A stretch of DNA of 32,000 bases. Origin: an uncultured Candidatus Saccharibacteria bacterium. GTDB lineage: Bacteria; Patescibacteriota; UBA1384; XYA2-FULL-43-10; 1-14-0-10-43-13. The translations under genes and the position numbers were made by a program. Where the stretch lies: NCBI GenBank assembly GCA_964543385.1, contig CAZIYE010000002.1:1-32000 (forward strand). Reading direction: 5' to 3'. The notes under the pieces were generated by a model. It worked only from the letters and a program-made list of their open reading frames with translations, did no database searches and was not told the origin of the DNA. Each line of letters begins with the position of its first letter. The first letter of the stretch is position 1. Below, in pieces: positions 15,948-25,052 of the stretch.

Positions 15948-16690
15948 CATTTCTGTACATTCTTATTGCTTCGTTGCTAATCAGTTCGTGTGCTCTTATC
16001 GGTGTTTTTACCATGAGCATGAAAGAGAAATTTCTAAATAAGATTCTACTAAAACTGGTGGCTCTTTCGTCCGGCGCTCTTTTGGGCGGTGCTTTTATTC
16101 ACTTGATGCCCGAAGGAATTGAAAAGTTTGGCAACAACGAGAAGTTTTTCTTTGTAATACTTATTTCTCTTTTGGTTTATTTGCTTATCGAGAAAATCCT
16201 CCACTGGCGGCATTGCCATGCTGGCGGCGATTGCCCGATCCATTCATTCGGCTACATGAACCTTCTGGGCGACGGAGTTCATAATTTCATTGACGGTCTG
16301 ATTATTGCCTCATCTTTTATGGTAAGTATTCCTCTTGGTATTACCACCACAATTGCGATAGCTCTTCATGAAATTCCCCAGGAGGTTGGAGACTTTGGCG
16401 TGTTGCTTTACGCAGGCATAGAGAAGAAGAAGGCTTTATTGTTAAATTTTTTAGTCGCACTAACTGTTGTTGCTGGAGCAATCACGGGATGGTTTTTGCT
16501 ATCTCATATTGAGAACATCACCAGTTTCCTTTTGCCTGTTGCGGCAGGCGGATTTATCTACATTGCACTTAGCGATATGATCCCAGAGCTTCGCAAAGAA
16601 CATGACATGAAACAGTTTTTTACCATTTTTGCCTTCATTTTATTGGGAATCTTGCTTATGCTCGCAACAAAAATGTTGGGAGGAGAATAG
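15944..16690 (+). CDS. ZIP-family divalent metal transporter (ZupT-like)
   Basis: HEIPQEVGDFGVLL and HNFIDGL motifs, His/Cys-rich loop (HWRHCHAGGDCPIH). Confidence 0.85.
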   Translation: MTFLYILIASLLISSCALIGVFTMSMKEKFLNKILLKLVALSSGALLGGAFIHLMPEGIEKFGNNEKFFFVILISLLVYLLIEKILHWRHCHAGGDCPIHSFGYMNLLGDGVHNFIDGLIIASSFMVSIPLGITTTIAIALHEIPQEVGDFGVLLYAGIEKKKALLLNFLVALTVVAGAITGWFLLSHIENITSFLLPVAAGGFIYIALSDMIPELRKEHDMKQFFTIFAFILLGILLMLATKMLGGE

Positions 16691-16696
16691 GAAATT

Positions 16697-17197
16697 ATGA
16701 CTAATACTAAGATTTTTATAATCGTTGCTGCTCCCATAGTTGTCTTTTCTGGAATAATAATATTTGCTTCGGCAAAAAATACTGATTCAGCGAAAGACAA
16801 TTCAACATTGGTTAGCTCAATTAACGAAAATCCGAATGGGAATGTGCTTGGTGCCAATACCAATGACGAATCAATTTCAGCAAGCAACATTTACAAAAAG
16901 ATAAGTATTGCTGAAGCCCAAAGCTTAATAGTGGAAAAAAAGGATAATCAGAATTTCAAAATACTCGATATCCGTACCAAAGAAGAGTTTATTTCGGGAA
17001 ATATTGACGACTCAAATAATATTGACTTCTATGGTGAATTTGAGCAGGAAATATCAAAACTTGATAAGAATATTTCATACTTAATCTATTGCCGGAGCGG
17101 CAACAGAAGCGGTCAAGCGATGGAAATATTTAAGAGGCTAGAATTCAAGGAAGTATATGATTTGGAGGGTGGATATAGCGCATGGCTGAGTTCGTAG
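16697..17197 (+). CDS. membrane-anchored rhodanese-domain protein
   Basis: N-terminal TM helix, then ILDIRTKEEF...LIYCRSGNRSGQA...GGYSAW (active-site loop CRSGNRS). Confidence 0.8.
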   Translation: MTNTKIFIIVAAPIVVFSGIIIFASAKNTDSAKDNSTLVSSINENPNGNVLGANTNDESISASNIYKKISIAEAQSLIVEKKDNQNFKILDIRTKEEFISGNIDDSNNIDFYGEFEQEISKLDKNISYLIYCRSGNRSGQAMEIFKRLEFKEVYDLEGGYSAWLSS

Positions 17198-17928
17198 CAA
17201 AAAATTTACCGGTATTGCTTTTAGCCTTTTTGTCAGGACTAGCTACTTTGCTGGGTGTATTTCTTGGGAGTCGTGGAAAGAAAACGGTTATCCATATTTC
17301 ATTTGGCACCGCTTTTGCTGCTGGGATTATGGTCTTGATATCGCTTTTCGAACTAATTCCAGGAGCGTATAATAATATCCAACTCAAATCATTATTATGG
17401 GTAGCAATAGGAGCCGGATTGGTCTGGGGTATAAACAAAATTCTTCCCCATCTTCATTCTGTTAATGCAATTGAAGACTGTGATGCCAAATGTATGGTGC
17501 GAATGTCATACCTTTTAGCGATAGGACTAATACTTCATGACTTCCCTGAGGGTTTTGCAATCCCGAGCTCATTTGAGTCATCGAAAGATCTCGGTTTTTT
17601 ACTCGTAGCCGCGACTTTCATTCATAATATTCCCGAAGGATACGTCTTAACGGTTGCATCAGCCAAATACAAAAGCAGCAAATTTTTCTATAAATCAGCA
17701 TTATTCTCTGGTATATCGACTCTTTCAGGGGCAATTCTTGGAGTAATCTTGATACACTACTTTTCCTTTTTAAATCCGATATTTCTCTCAATAGCAGCAG
17801 GGGCTATGCTCTTTATCTCATTTCATGAATTAATTCCAACTTCGCTAAGAAATGGCAGGAAAAGAGTGCTCGCAACCGGATTATTCACTTCTGTCTTGTT
17901 GTATTTTCTATTAGAAATAGCCTTTTAG
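17182..17928 (+). CDS. ZIP-family metal transporter (second copy)
   Basis: HDFPEGFAI and HNIPEGYVL motifs. Overlaps the rhodanese gene by 16 nt. Confidence 0.85.
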   Translation: MAEFVAKNLPVLLLAFLSGLATLLGVFLGSRGKKTVIHISFGTAFAAGIMVLISLFELIPGAYNNIQLKSLLWVAIGAGLVWGINKILPHLHSVNAIEDCDAKCMVRMSYLLAIGLILHDFPEGFAIPSSFESSKDLGFLLVAATFIHNIPEGYVLTVASAKYKSSKFFYKSALFSGISTLSGAILGVILIHYFSFLNPIFLSIAAGAMLFISFHELIPTSLRNGRKRVLATGLFTSVLLYFLLEIAF

Positions 17929-18057
17929 ATAAATTATTCGGTCGTCAAAATATTCATTTTTGGCAGCTAAAGTCTTTATCTATTACTTTTTTAAATTTTG
18001 TTTGTCTTAGTTGGTTGTGGTAAAATCAACATAGAAACATTATTAACGGAGGGAAAA

Positions 18058-18690
18058 ATGGACTCAAGTAAAAAGGTATTTTTCTGGATACTGGGGATTA
18101 TCTTGTTTTTAGCTTTGGCAGCAATTTCTGTTTATGCATATAATCAAAGTAAAGATCTGAAAAACAAAGAGAACGAAATCAGTACTCTGGAGAGCCAAGC
18201 GCAAACACAGAGTCAAGCCGAGCCAACAACAGCTGAAAATTGTACCGGAGATAGCTGTCTGTCTGTTGAGGGCCTAGAATATCCTGCCGGACAATTGCCA
18301 ACCGAAGTATCAAATGCAGTTAAGTCGGCACTTGATGATGAATATAAAGCATATTCTGTCTATGATGCTGTGATTGCAAAAATTGGGTCAGTTAGACCAT
18401 TTTCGATGATTATCCGAGCAGAAGAAAGCCATATTGCCTCATTAAAATCAATACTGGACAAGTATGGTGAAACTATTCCCGCCAATCCATATGCTGGGAA
18501 AGTTACGGTTAAAGATACGCTAAAAGAAAATTGCCAAATCGGGGTCGATGCAGAAATTGCCAATGTTGCGCTGTATAAAGACCAGCTCCTGCCAAAAGTT
18601 GCAACATACTCTGACATCACTTCAGTCTTTAACAATTTGATGAATGCTTCTAATGATAAACATTTGCCATCTTTCGGAAAATGCAATTAA
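18058..18690 (+). CDS. membrane-anchored DUF2202 (ferritin-like) protein
   Basis: N-terminal TM helix, then LDDEYKAYSVYDAVIAKIGSVRPFSMIIRAEESHIASL, which is DUF2202-like. The GGAGGGAAAA RBS puts the start at 18058. Confidence 0.65.
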   Translation: MDSSKKVFFWILGIILFLALAAISVYAYNQSKDLKNKENEISTLESQAQTQSQAEPTTAENCTGDSCLSVEGLEYPAGQLPTEVSNAVKSALDDEYKAYSVYDAVIAKIGSVRPFSMIIRAEESHIASLKSILDKYGETIPANPYAGKVTVKDTLKENCQIGVDAEIANVALYKDQLLPKVATYSDITSVFNNLMNASNDKHLPSFGKCN

Positions 18691-18746
18691 TGCGCAGGCA
18701 AAAAGCAAAGAGATAGAAAGATTAACAACTTAGAAACTGGAGGAGG

Positions 18747-19520
18747 ATGAACAAAATCATAGCTTTTTTAGCAATAGCGTTGCTACTGCCGACCATTGCA
18801 ATTGCTGCTAATACATCTGCGGGACAAAACGGAAATAGCGGTTCTAGCGATTCTGGCAGCATAAGTTCCAACCAAGATGATTCCGGTTCCGTGACAAATA
18901 GTACCACAACTAGTCAAACTAACAGTAATGGAAACGCAAGCTCAACAAGTTCCAACCAAACTCAAAATCAGAACCAGGTTCAGACACAAACAAATAACCC
19001 TGGCGTGGGAACAATGACTCAGGAGCAGATAGAAGCGAGAATCACTGAGCAAATTCAGGAAAGCAAGCCAACCTATACGCCAAGAAACGAGCAGGCAACG
19101 GCCAGGATGAGTACTGTTGCAACTGCGGCAGAAGAATTGATTCGAGTATCTAATAGAGTTGAAAATCAAGGTATCGGTGACCAGATTAGAACAATCGCCC
19201 AGACTCAAGCCAAGAACCAAGACAAAATCAACCAATCAATCGATAAGGCGGAAAAAAGAACCGGTTTTGCGAAGTTTTTTATCGGTGATAACTATAAGGA
19301 ACTAAAAGTTGCCAAGCAATCAATGCAAGAAAACCAAGAAAAAATAAGAGAATTAAAAACTCTAATGGATCAAGTTGGAACCGATGCGGACAAGTTTGTA
19401 ATCGCGAATCAGATAATGACATTGCAGGAGCAGAATCTTGCAACCAGAGATCAAATCGAAGAGACAGATGGTGGATTTAGCCTATTTGGCTGGATAAATA
19501 GATGGTTTAATAAATATTAA
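18747..19520 (+). CDS. hypothetical secreted protein (signal peptide, S/N/Q/T-rich low-complexity region, coiled-coil C-terminal half)
   Basis: Strong GGAGGAGG RBS. The signal peptide is MNKIIAFLAIALLLPTIAIAA. Confidence 0.6.
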   Translation: MNKIIAFLAIALLLPTIAIAANTSAGQNGNSGSSDSGSISSNQDDSGSVTNSTTTSQTNSNGNASSTSSNQTQNQNQVQTQTNNPGVGTMTQEQIEARITEQIQESKPTYTPRNEQATARMSTVATAAEELIRVSNRVENQGIGDQIRTIAQTQAKNQDKINQSIDKAEKRTGFAKFFIGDNYKELKVAKQSMQENQEKIRELKTLMDQVGTDADKFVIANQIMTLQEQNLATRDQIEETDGGFSLFGWINRWFNKY

Positions 19521-19556
19521 ATAAAAATTAGTGAAATAGATCATTTTCGGACTAAA

Positions 19557-19587
19557 CACTATTTCATCAACTGGTGATGAAATAGTG
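19557..19587. promoter_or_regulatory. 13-bp perfect inverted repeat upstream of XRE copy B (terminator and/or operator)
   Basis: cactatttcatca-actgg-tgatgaaatagtg. A third gtgaaatag copy lies at 19531-19539. Confidence 0.5.
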
Positions 19588-19631
19588 AAAAAGGATAGTC
19601 AGCATTGTATTCAATAATAAATTTGATATAT

Positions 19632-19850
19632 ATGAATAGCGAAAATGCCGATAAAATTTTAAAAGATCTGGGTAGTAGAATAAAAAAAGCCCGATAAGAG
19701 ATCGGTCTAACCAAAGCGGAAGTCGCAAAAGCGGTTGGCATGCATGTCAATTATTATACACAGATCGAGCGAGGCGAGGTAAACCCTTCTTGCGAGAAAC
19801 TTCAAGCCATCGTAAAAGTGATCAAGCTGAAAACGCTTGATATGTCTTAG
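19632..19850 (+). pseudogene. XRE-family HTH regulator (copy B) interrupted by an in-frame TAA
   Basis: MNSENADKILKDLGSRIKKAR*EIGLTKAEVAKAVGMHVNYYTQIERGEVNPSCEKLQAIVKVIKLKTLDMS*. TAA at 19695-19697. Colinear with copy A (9068-9280). Confidence 0.7.
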
Positions 19851-19887
19851 TTATTTTCATCCGCTCCGTCCTCAAAAGATCTCATAA

Positions 19888-19940
19888 AATGGTTCAGCCA
19901 ATCCATGAGGTGTTCGAAACAAATTGCATCGAGGCTACCA
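19888..19940 (+). repeat. copy B of the conserved post-XRE module
   Basis: cagccaa at 19895-19901, aggtgttcgaa at 19908-19918. Its end gaggctacca (19931-19940) equals the last 10 nt of tRNA-Glu. Confidence 0.7.
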
Positions 19941-19945
19941 AAATA

Positions 19946-19977
19946 AAAACTTCATCTTCGGATGGAGTTTTTATTTT
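19946..19977. terminator. bidirectional rho-independent terminator (between XRE-B and ogt)
   Basis: aacttcatc-ttcg-gatggagtt forms a 9-bp stem with a UUCG loop, flanked by an A-run 5' and a T-rich run 3'. Confidence 0.75.
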
Positions 19978-19986
19978 GCTTATAGT

Positions 19987-20457
19987 TTATTTTTCTATTT
20001 TAAGTAATTTTTGTTTACATTCTTTTCCTGCAGTGAAGCCTCCTAGTGAACCATCCCTTTTGATTACGCGATGGCATGGTATCAATATACATATCGGATT
20101 GTGTGCCACTGCATTTCCAACTGCTCTCACTGCTTTTGGCTTGCCAATCTTTTTCGCTATTTCGGCATATGTGCTCGTTGAGCAGATAGGTATTTTTGTC
20201 AATGCATTCCAAACTTTCTTCTGGAAAAGTGTCCCCTGAACAGAGATAGCTAAATTGAATTCTGTTCTCTTGCCTAAAAAATATTCCTGAAGTTCAACAT
20301 TTGCTTGCTTCAATATTGGCTCATCCGAATCTTGTATCCAGTCGCTTGGCGCAGTATTGAAATAGCGATCTCTCTCTATGTGTAGACCTGTGATATGAAT
20401 TCCGTCTGTACTGATAATCAATTTTCCGACAGGTGAGTCAAAAATATTATATTTCAT
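19987..20457 (-). CDS. ogt: methylated-DNA-protein-cysteine methyltransferase
   Basis: Active-site IPCHRVI motif and upstream YAEIAKKIGKPKAVRAVGNA helix-turn-wing region. Confidence 0.9.
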   Translation of the reverse strand: MKYNIFDSPVGKLIISTDGIHITGLHIERDRYFNTAPSDWIQDSDEPILKQANVELQEYFLGKRTEFNLAISVQGTLFQKKVWNALTKIPICSTSTYAEIAKKIGKPKAVRAVGNAVAHNPICILIPCHRVIKRDGSLGGFTAGKECKQKLLKIEK

Positions 20458-20583
20458 TTATTTTTTTATTCGAATTAGTAGTATAGCGGCATTAATTTTT
20501 TGTAATTCATCTTATGAAAAGCATAGCACTCATAGGCATTACATTAAAGCATTAATAATATTCACTAAAACTGTTGTACATAT

Positions 20584-20612
20584 TTGCATTTTACTCTAAA
20601 AAAATATATAAT
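20584..20612 (+). promoter_or_regulatory. strong sigma70-like promoter about 140 nt upstream of rny
   Basis: TTGCAT (20584-20589), 17 nt, TATAAT (20607-20612). Confidence 0.55.
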
Positions 20613-20752
20613 CGGGGTGTCGATATTCTCACAAATTTATAAATACTTAATGAACAAAACTTTCTCATATATCAAAATCAAATTCAAAGCTGGGGCGCAA
20701 GATCATTTTTGGGCTTAATTTTGTTTTGATCTAGGGAATTTGGAAGGAGTTG

Positions 20753-22276
20753 ATGATTAACCTAATTTTGACTGCAGTTATATGTCTCGCTGCAGGAGGC
20801 GCTGCTGGTTATTTTTTGTATCGAAAAACAGCAAAAGGCAAAATTGCGAATGCTGAAGAAAAAGTAGAAAAGATAGTAGAGGATGCTAAGACTAAAGCAA
20901 AAGAGCTATTGCTTGAGGCAAAAGACGAGGCTATCAAAGAGAAAGAGTCTGCCAAGAAGGAATATGATGAGAAATCAAAATCCTTAGAGAAAATAGAAAG
21001 TGATCTACGAAGAAGAGAACTAACCATTGATACGAGATTTGAAGAAGTCGAGAAAAGCAGAAAAGATTTGACTAAGAAACATGATGAAATCGAAGAGATA
21101 AAGCAAACACTCAGAGATTTGAGAAAAAAACAGGAAGAGAGTCTCGAGAGAATTGCCAAGATGACCAAGGATGATGCTAAAAAAGTCTTGTTAGACTTGG
21201 TTGAAAAAGAGGGTAAAGAAGAGCTTGTTAAGAAAATCAAAGAAGTCGATGAGTATGTACGCGATTCGGCTGACGAGAAGGCAAAGGGAATTATTATTAC
21301 TGCAATGCAGAGAGTCGCAGCTGAAACTTCAGCCGAAACTACAGTTTCTACTATTCAAATACCTAGTGATGAGATGAAGGGACGAATCATTGGTCGTGAG
21401 GGCAGAAACATTCAATCCTTTGAAAAAGTAACAGGTGTAGATCTGATCATTGATGACACTCCAGATGCAGTTGTTATCTCTTCTTTTGATCCAGTAAGAC
21501 GTGAAGTAGCTAGAGTAACTCTTATGGATCTTGTTACTGACGGACGCATTCACCCTACTAGAATCGAAGAGGCTTTTGAAAAGGCTAAAAAGGTTGTTGC
21601 TGCAGATATCAAAAAATCTGGTGAAGAGGCAGCTTATGAGGTTGGAGTAACCGGATTGCCTACAGAAGTTATTAAAGTTTTGGGTCGTTTAAAATTTCGG
21701 ACTTCTTTTGGTCAAAATCAATTACAACATGCAATAGAGGTATCACGATTAGCCGGTCTTGTTTCTGAAGAAATTGGCGCAAATACTGTCTTGGCTAAAA
21801 AGGCTGGACTTTTACATGACTTAGGAAAAGCAGTCGATCATGAAGTTCCTGGTTCTCACGCAGTGATCTCGGCAGATATTTTGCGAAAATTCAATTTACC
21901 TGCAGACCTTATACATGCAGTAGAGGCTCACCATGAGGACGTTCCTCTGGAAACAGCCGAGGCTGCTATTATTCAAATTGCAGATGCAATCTCTTCTGCT
22001 AGACCTGGTGCTAGGCGAGAATCTTTACAGCTTCACATCAAGAGACTTCAGGATCTTGAAAGAGTCGCAAATTCATTCCCAGGGGTTGAAAAGGCCTATG
22101 CTATTCAAGCTGGTAGAGAGGTTAGAATTTTAGTAAAACCAGAAGATGTAGATGACTTAACATCTGCAAAGCTTGCTAAAGAAATCGCCAAAAAAGTTGA
22201 AGAAGAAGTCCAATATCCTGGTCAAGTTAAGATTCAGGTCATACGCGAGGTTCGAGCTGTAGAATATGCCAAGTAG
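20753..22276 (+). CDS. rny: ribonuclease Y
   Basis: N-terminal TM helix, K/E-rich coiled coil, KH domain ([28 protein letters not shown]), HD domain ([12 protein letters not shown]...EAHHED). AAGGAG RBS. Confidence 0.95.
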   Translation: MINLILTAVICLAAGGAAGYFLYRKTAKGKIANAEEKVEKIVEDAKTKAKELLLEAKDEAIKEKESAKKEYDEKSKSLEKIESDLRRRELTIDTRFEEVEKSRKDLTKKHDEIEEIKQTLRDLRKKQEESLERIAKMTKDDAKKVLLDLVEKEGKEELVKKIKEVDEYVRDSADEKAKGIIITAMQRVAAETSAETTVSTIQIPSDEMKGRIIGREGRNIQSFEKVTGVDLIIDDTPDAVVISSFDPVRREVARVTLMDLVTDGRIHPTRIEEAFEKAKKVVAADIKKSGEEAAYEVGVTGLPTEVIKVLGRLKFRTSFGQNQLQHAIEVSRLAGLVSEEIGANTVLAKKAGLLHDLGKAVDHEVPGSHAVISADILRKFNLPADLIHAVEAHHEDVPLETAEAAIIQIADAISSARPGARRESLQLHIKRLQDLERVANSFPGVEKAYAIQAGREVRILVKPEDVDDLTSAKLAKEIAKKVEEEVQYPGQVKIQVIREVRAVEYAK

Positions 22277-22365
22277 ATATTAAACAACAGATGACGAATA
22301 TCACTAACTATACTAATCATTGTTATCATTCGTAATATCTGTCTTATTAGTAATCTGTGATTATA

Positions 22366-23163
22366 ATGAAAAATAAAACAATCAAAATTTTATTTATAGG
22401 TGATATTGTTGGAAAGCCTGGTCGCAATGTTGTTAAACATTTTTTGGCAGAGCTGAAGAATAATGAGAATATTGATTTTGTCATTGCAAATGGTGAAAAT
22501 CTGTCTGCTGGCAAAGGCATCACCTTCGATAAATATGAAGAGATGATTGCGGCAGGTATCGACTATTTTACCTCCGGCAATCATATATGGAATAATCGCG
22601 ATATCATACCTTATATGAAAGATAATTCTGTTAAGATACTGAGACCAGCAAATTATCCAAACGATCCTCCTGGATCAGGCTTTGCTAATATAAAAGTTGG
22701 GGATACTAAAATAACCATCGCTAATTTAATGGGACGAGTTTTTATTCCTGGTCTATTTGATGATCCATTCGCCAAAGGCAAGGAAATCGCTGATGCTAAT
22801 AAAGATTCAATAATTATAATAGATTTTCATGCTGAGGCAACCTCGGAAAAAATTGCTCTTGGCTATTATCTTGATGGTCAAGTTGCTGTGGTAATTGGGA
22901 CTCATACACATGTTCAAACTGCTGATGAAAAAATCCTTCCTGGCGGAACCGGGTTTATCTCTGACGTTGGTATGTGCGGCCCGATTAACTCTGTATTGGG
23001 CGTCGATAAGGACATTATTGTAAAGGGGTTCTTGACAGGCCTACCTCAATCGCATAAAGTAGCGGTAGGCAATAGCATGCTGAACGCTTGCGTGATTGAG
23101 ATTGATATTTCGACCAAGAAAACCTTGTCCATAAAACGAATATCAGAAATACTGAAAATTTAA
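22366..23163 (+). CDS. ymdB: YmdB-family metallophosphoesterase (2',3'-cyclic-nucleotide phosphodiesterase)
   Basis: ILFIGDIVGKPGR, ANGEN, GNH, IDFHAEATSEK and GTHTHVQTADE motifs. The position after rny is conserved. Confidence 0.9.
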   Translation: MKNKTIKILFIGDIVGKPGRNVVKHFLAELKNNENIDFVIANGENLSAGKGITFDKYEEMIAAGIDYFTSGNHIWNNRDIIPYMKDNSVKILRPANYPNDPPGSGFANIKVGDTKITIANLMGRVFIPGLFDDPFAKGKEIADANKDSIIIIDFHAEATSEKIALGYYLDGQVAVVIGTHTHVQTADEKILPGGTGFISDVGMCGPINSVLGVDKDIIVKGFLTGLPQSHKVAVGNSMLNACVIEIDISTKKTLSIKRISEILKI

Positions 23164-23197
23164 ATAACATAATCTTCCTCGGAAGGAGGTGAGAAAG

Positions 23198-23470
23198 TTG
23201 AATAAAAACGAGCTAATAAATGAAGTTGCTAGGCGTACAGGTCTTTCTCGCCGTGAAGCTGAGGTTGGTGTCCAAACTATGCTTGATCTCGTCGCAAAAG
23301 AGCTTACATCAGGTGGTAAGGTCACATTGACAGGGTTCGGAACATTTGATGTCGGCAAGAGACGTGAAAGAGCCGGAGTAAATCCTCGAACGGGCAAGCC
23401 AATCAAGATCCCTGCTACTAAGATGCCTCGCTTCAAACCAAGCAAGAATATGAGAGTTAAGGTTAAGTAA
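23198..23470 (+). CDS. hup: HU-family DNA-binding protein
   Basis: NKNELINEVA...GFGTFDVGKRRERAGVNPRTGKPIKIPA. GGAGGTG RBS. Likely TTG start at 23198 (track start is GTG at 23189). Confidence 0.9.
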   Translation: MNKNELINEVARRTGLSRREAEVGVQTMLDLVAKELTSGGKVTLTGFGTFDVGKRRERAGVNPRTGKPIKIPATKMPRFKPSKNMRVKVK

Positions 23471-23481
23471 GATCTAAAACA

Positions 23482-23519
23482 AACTGCAAAAACCATCATT
23501 AATGATGGTTTTTGCAGTT
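23482..23519 (+). terminator. perfect 38-bp palindromic hairpin after hup
   Basis: aactgcaaaaaccatcatt/aatgatggtttttgcagtt. Confidence 0.65.
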
Positions 23520-23575
23520 AACAGGCTACTAAAATTAGACGCAATATGCTAAATTAAGTTAGAGGAAAAATTTTT

Positions 23576-23651
23576 GCCCGCGTAGCTCAGTGGATAGAGC
23601 GCCGCCGTCCTAAGGCGGGCGTCGTAGGTCCGATTCCTACCGCGGGTACCA
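23576..23651 (+). tRNA. tRNA-Arg (anticodon CCT), unusual T-loop
   Basis: Acceptor gcccgcg/cgcgggt (identical to tRNA-Arg-TCT), anticodon stem ccgcc/ggcgg with loop gtcctaa, T-arm gtagg-tccgatt-cctac, encoded CCA. Confidence 0.85.
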
Positions 23652-23682
23652 TACAACGATTTTTAAATAAATATTTTGAAAG

Positions 23683-24399
23683 ATGGATAAGAAAAAGACT
23701 ACAAAAGTTATTGCATTAAGGTCTTTAATAGCAGTCTTGTGTGTTGGCTTTGGTATTCTTGTTTCGGCGCAGCTACGTTCCTTGCCGGATAGGATCTCTA
23801 ATCCAATAGCGCCCTATATGAGCTTGAAAGAAACAAAAGTAGAGCTTTATAGTGAACAAGATCAGCTAAAGGGTGAAATAAAAAAGCTTCAGCAAGAGCT
23901 AGGGCAAACTCAGCGAGAGAATGAGGATATCATACTCACAAAGGATGAGATAAGGTCGTTAAATACTCAAAAAACTCTAGCTGGACTAACTAAACTTAAC
24001 GGTCCTGGCATCATCGTTAAGCTTGATGACAGCAAAACGGCAAGCCCAACTGAAGAATCAATTATTCACGCTGCTGATTTGCGAGATATAATCAATTTGC
24101 TTTGGGGATCTGGTGCTGAAGGTATTGCTATCAATAGTCAGCGAATTGTCCTAAGCAGTGCTATCGATTGTATAGTAAATACTATTTTGATAAATAATGT
24201 CAGAATAACAACACCTTTTCAGGTAGAGGCAATAGGTGATCAGGAGCTAATGATTCTAAATATCAAAAATAAAGATATGCTTCCAAATTTATATGACAGA
24301 GTCTCTTCTCAAAATATTATTTTAGAAGTTCAAAAAAATAACGATATTACAGTTCCTGCGTTCGATGGTTCATTCAGCATTAATTCAGGCGCCAACTAA
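23683..24399 (+). CDS. DUF881-domain membrane protein
   Basis: N-terminal TM helix, coiled coil, then LNGPGIIVKLDD...IHAADLRDIINLLWGSGAEGIAINSQRI. Confidence 0.8.
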   Translation: MDKKKTTKVIALRSLIAVLCVGFGILVSAQLRSLPDRISNPIAPYMSLKETKVELYSEQDQLKGEIKKLQQELGQTQRENEDIILTKDEIRSLNTQKTLAGLTKLNGPGIIVKLDDSKTASPTEESIIHAADLRDIINLLWGSGAEGIAINSQRIVLSSAIDCIVNTILINNVRITTPFQVEAIGDQELMILNIKNKDMLPNLYDRVSSQNIILEVQKNNDITVPAFDGSFSINSGAN

Positions 24400-24400
24400 T

Positions 24401-25045
24401 ATGTTTAAGAAATCAGATTATCTTATAATCTCGATACTCCTATTTTTTCTGGGTATCTTTATAGTTACACAATATAAATCTGGTAAGGAATATATCAAAG
24501 CAATCAAGCCAGAGACTAACGAGGTTCTAGCAGTAGAAGTGTCAAAGCTCACAAAAACCAACTCAGATTTACGCACTCAGGTAAGATCACTAACCCTAGA
24601 ATTAGATAAATACAAAAACTCCTCTGAATCAAAAAAGATACTTTATGAAAAGTATACTAAGGATTTAGAAAATTTGAATGTTATCAATGGCTTTTCGCCA
24701 AAGACTGGCCAGGGCGTCTTGCTTAAAGTTGATGGTAAGATGGCGACCCCACAAATCGTTGATCTTGTTAATGCTATAAGAAATATTGGTTCGGACCTTA
24801 TCCTGATAAATGAAACAAGAATATTAATTAATACAGATCTATCAAAGTTTAAGGATCTTAGCGGTTATAATATTTCTATCTATGGTAATAGTAAAATGCT
24901 AAAATCAGCTCTGGAGAGAAGAGGTGGGATAGTCGAGCAAATTTCGACAAAAGACATGAAAATATCAGTTGAAGAGAAGGATAATGTGACTATCTCTAAA
25001 GGAAATAGTATTATTATAAAATATTCTAGATCAATAATTAATTAG
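24401..25045 (+). CDS. DUF881-domain membrane protein (second copy)
   Basis: TM helix, coiled coil, then TGQGVLLKVDG...IVDLVNAIRNIGSDLILINETRI. ATG at 24401 lies 2 nt after the upstream stop. Confidence 0.75.
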   Translation: MFKKSDYLIISILLFFLGIFIVTQYKSGKEYIKAIKPETNEVLAVEVSKLTKTNSDLRTQVRSLTLELDKYKNSSESKKILYEKYTKDLENLNVINGFSPKTGQGVLLKVDGKMATPQIVDLVNAIRNIGSDLILINETRILINTDLSKFKDLSGYNISIYGNSKMLKSALERRGGIVEQISTKDMKISVEEKDNVTISKGNSIIIKYSRSIIN

Positions 25046-25052
25046 GAGGCAA

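Noticed and set aside
19695-19697. Alternative genetic code (stop-codon reassignment) as the explanation for the in-frame TAA in XRE-B
   Set aside because: All other genes in the window, including 1212-aa and 545-aa ORFs, are intact and terminate normally under the standard code. A single TAA is more simply a nonsense mutation.
20809-21240. 143-aa Ser/Leu/Phe-rich ORF antisense to rny
   Set aside because: It is the mirror image of the Lys/Glu-rich coiled-coil region of RNase Y, a typical antisense artefact in AAG/GAA-rich sequence.
23143-23499. 118-aa ORF antisense to hup
   Set aside because: The HU protein on the + strand is unambiguous, and the antisense frame has no RBS or known motif.
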